Assembly: GCA_048937405.1 (NCBI GenBank)
Contig: JBHLNF010000014.1
Location: forward strand, 9,546 to 73,545
Reading direction: 5' to 3'
DNA: 64,000 nucleotides
Origin: Promethearchaeota archaeon
GTDB taxonomy: Archaea; Asgardarchaeota; Lokiarchaeia; Sigyniarchaeales; SOKP01
Below the pieces are notes generated by a model. That model made no database searches, was not told where the DNA came from, and was given only the letters and a program-made list of their open reading frames with translations. Below are positions 63,165 to 64,000 of the stretch, one piece after another; position 1 is the first letter of the stretch; each line of letters opens with the position of its first letter. Made by a program: the position numbers and the translations under genes.

Positions 63165-64000
63165 ATGACTTGGACTTTCAGAAAACTGCAAAAAATAAGT
63201 GGTTCATATTTAGTAAGTTTACCAAAAAACTGGATTAAAACAATCGGTTTAGATAAAAACTCAACTATAGGAATAAGTATCCAAGATAATGGTACATTAG
63301 TTATTAGTCCAAAATCAGATCAAGTGGAATTTAAAGATGAACTAACAATGACATCAAGCTCCTATGTACCAAGAGAGGTTATAAAAAATCTTTTTTCAGG
63401 AATAGAGAAAATAATATTAGTATCAGAGAAAACAATTAGCCAAAAATTAAAAAAAGAAATTAAAAGGCTAATTACAGATTTACCTAACATAGAAATTGTA
63501 GAAGATAAACCTCAGAGAATAGTTATTCAGAACTTTGGATTTAAAAAAGTACCAACTAATAAAATTATTGAACGTTTATTATATATTCTAAGTGATATAT
63601 TTACAAATGTTAAAAACAATTCAATTAATGAATTGGAAGAGAATGTTGTTCTATTAAGAAGATTCTATTTTTTATTAGTTATTCATATTAGAACCTTTTT
63701 AAGAACAGGAATATATGATTTAAAGATTAAAGATTTAACGCCCCTTAAGGCAATTGATTATAGATCCTTTTCTGAGCAAATTGAACATATAGGTTATAAA
63801 TTACAATACTTTAGATTAAGTGAAAAAACAAAAGATTTCTTTGAAAAAGTTGAATCATATTACAATGAAGTTATGAATGCTTATTTTAATAAAGATCTAA
63901 AAATAGCTTATAAACTATGGCTTGATAAGGATGAGTTAGAAGAAGAAGCAAGAAAATTAATGGATGTATTGGATTATGAGGATAAAGATAGAATAAAAGA
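63165..64000 (+). CDS. AbrB-type DNA-binding plus PhoU-like regulator (partial, runs off the window; absent from the ORF track)
   Basis: MTWTFRKLQKISGSYLVSLPKNW...DNGTLVISP; the frame stays open over the part translated by hand. Confidence 0.75.
   Translation, partial: MTWTFRKLQKISGSYLVSLPKNWIKTIGLDKNSTIGISIQDNGTLVISPKSDQVEFKDELTMTSSSYVPREVIKNLFSGIEKIILVSEKTISQKLKKEIKRLITDLPNIEIVEDKPQRIVIQNFGFKKVPTNKIIERLLYILSDIFTNVKNNSINELEENVVLLRRFYFLLVIHIRTFLRTGIYDLKIKDLTPLKAIDYRSFSEQIEHIGYKLQYFRLSEKTKDFFEKVESYYNEVMNAYFNKDLKIAYKLWLDKDELEEEARKLMDVLDYEDKDRIK

Overview
A very AT-rich archaeal window, most likely from an Asgard archaeon of the Lokiarchaeia. The assignment rests on three Rab-like small GTPases (one fused to a Roadblock domain), an archaeal-type LeuRS, a Loki-CTERM-like anchored repeat protein, a Loki-type LRR protein and several soluble multi-PAS kinases. 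The centrepiece (about 11.6-28.0 kb) is an apparently self-sufficient ACP-dependent fatty-acid/polyketide locus. It has a 3.5k-aa single-chain megasynthase (degenerate ER - FMN-type ER - KS - AT - second KS - 3 x ACP - KR - DH - Sfp-type PPTase), all three acyl-CoA carboxylase components, a biotin ligase and a coupled thioesterase-like hydrolase. All three ACP domains carry Thr (LGIDTVKQAE) where the phosphopantetheine-accepting Ser normally sits. Other notable items are a probable horizontal-recombination scar around a DUF362/EF-hand gene, a candidate structured RNA of about 275 nt, a GC-rich katG, an orphaned DUF433 antitoxin and a SET-domain gene. Domain boundaries are approximate and were read by eye; no database searches were run.
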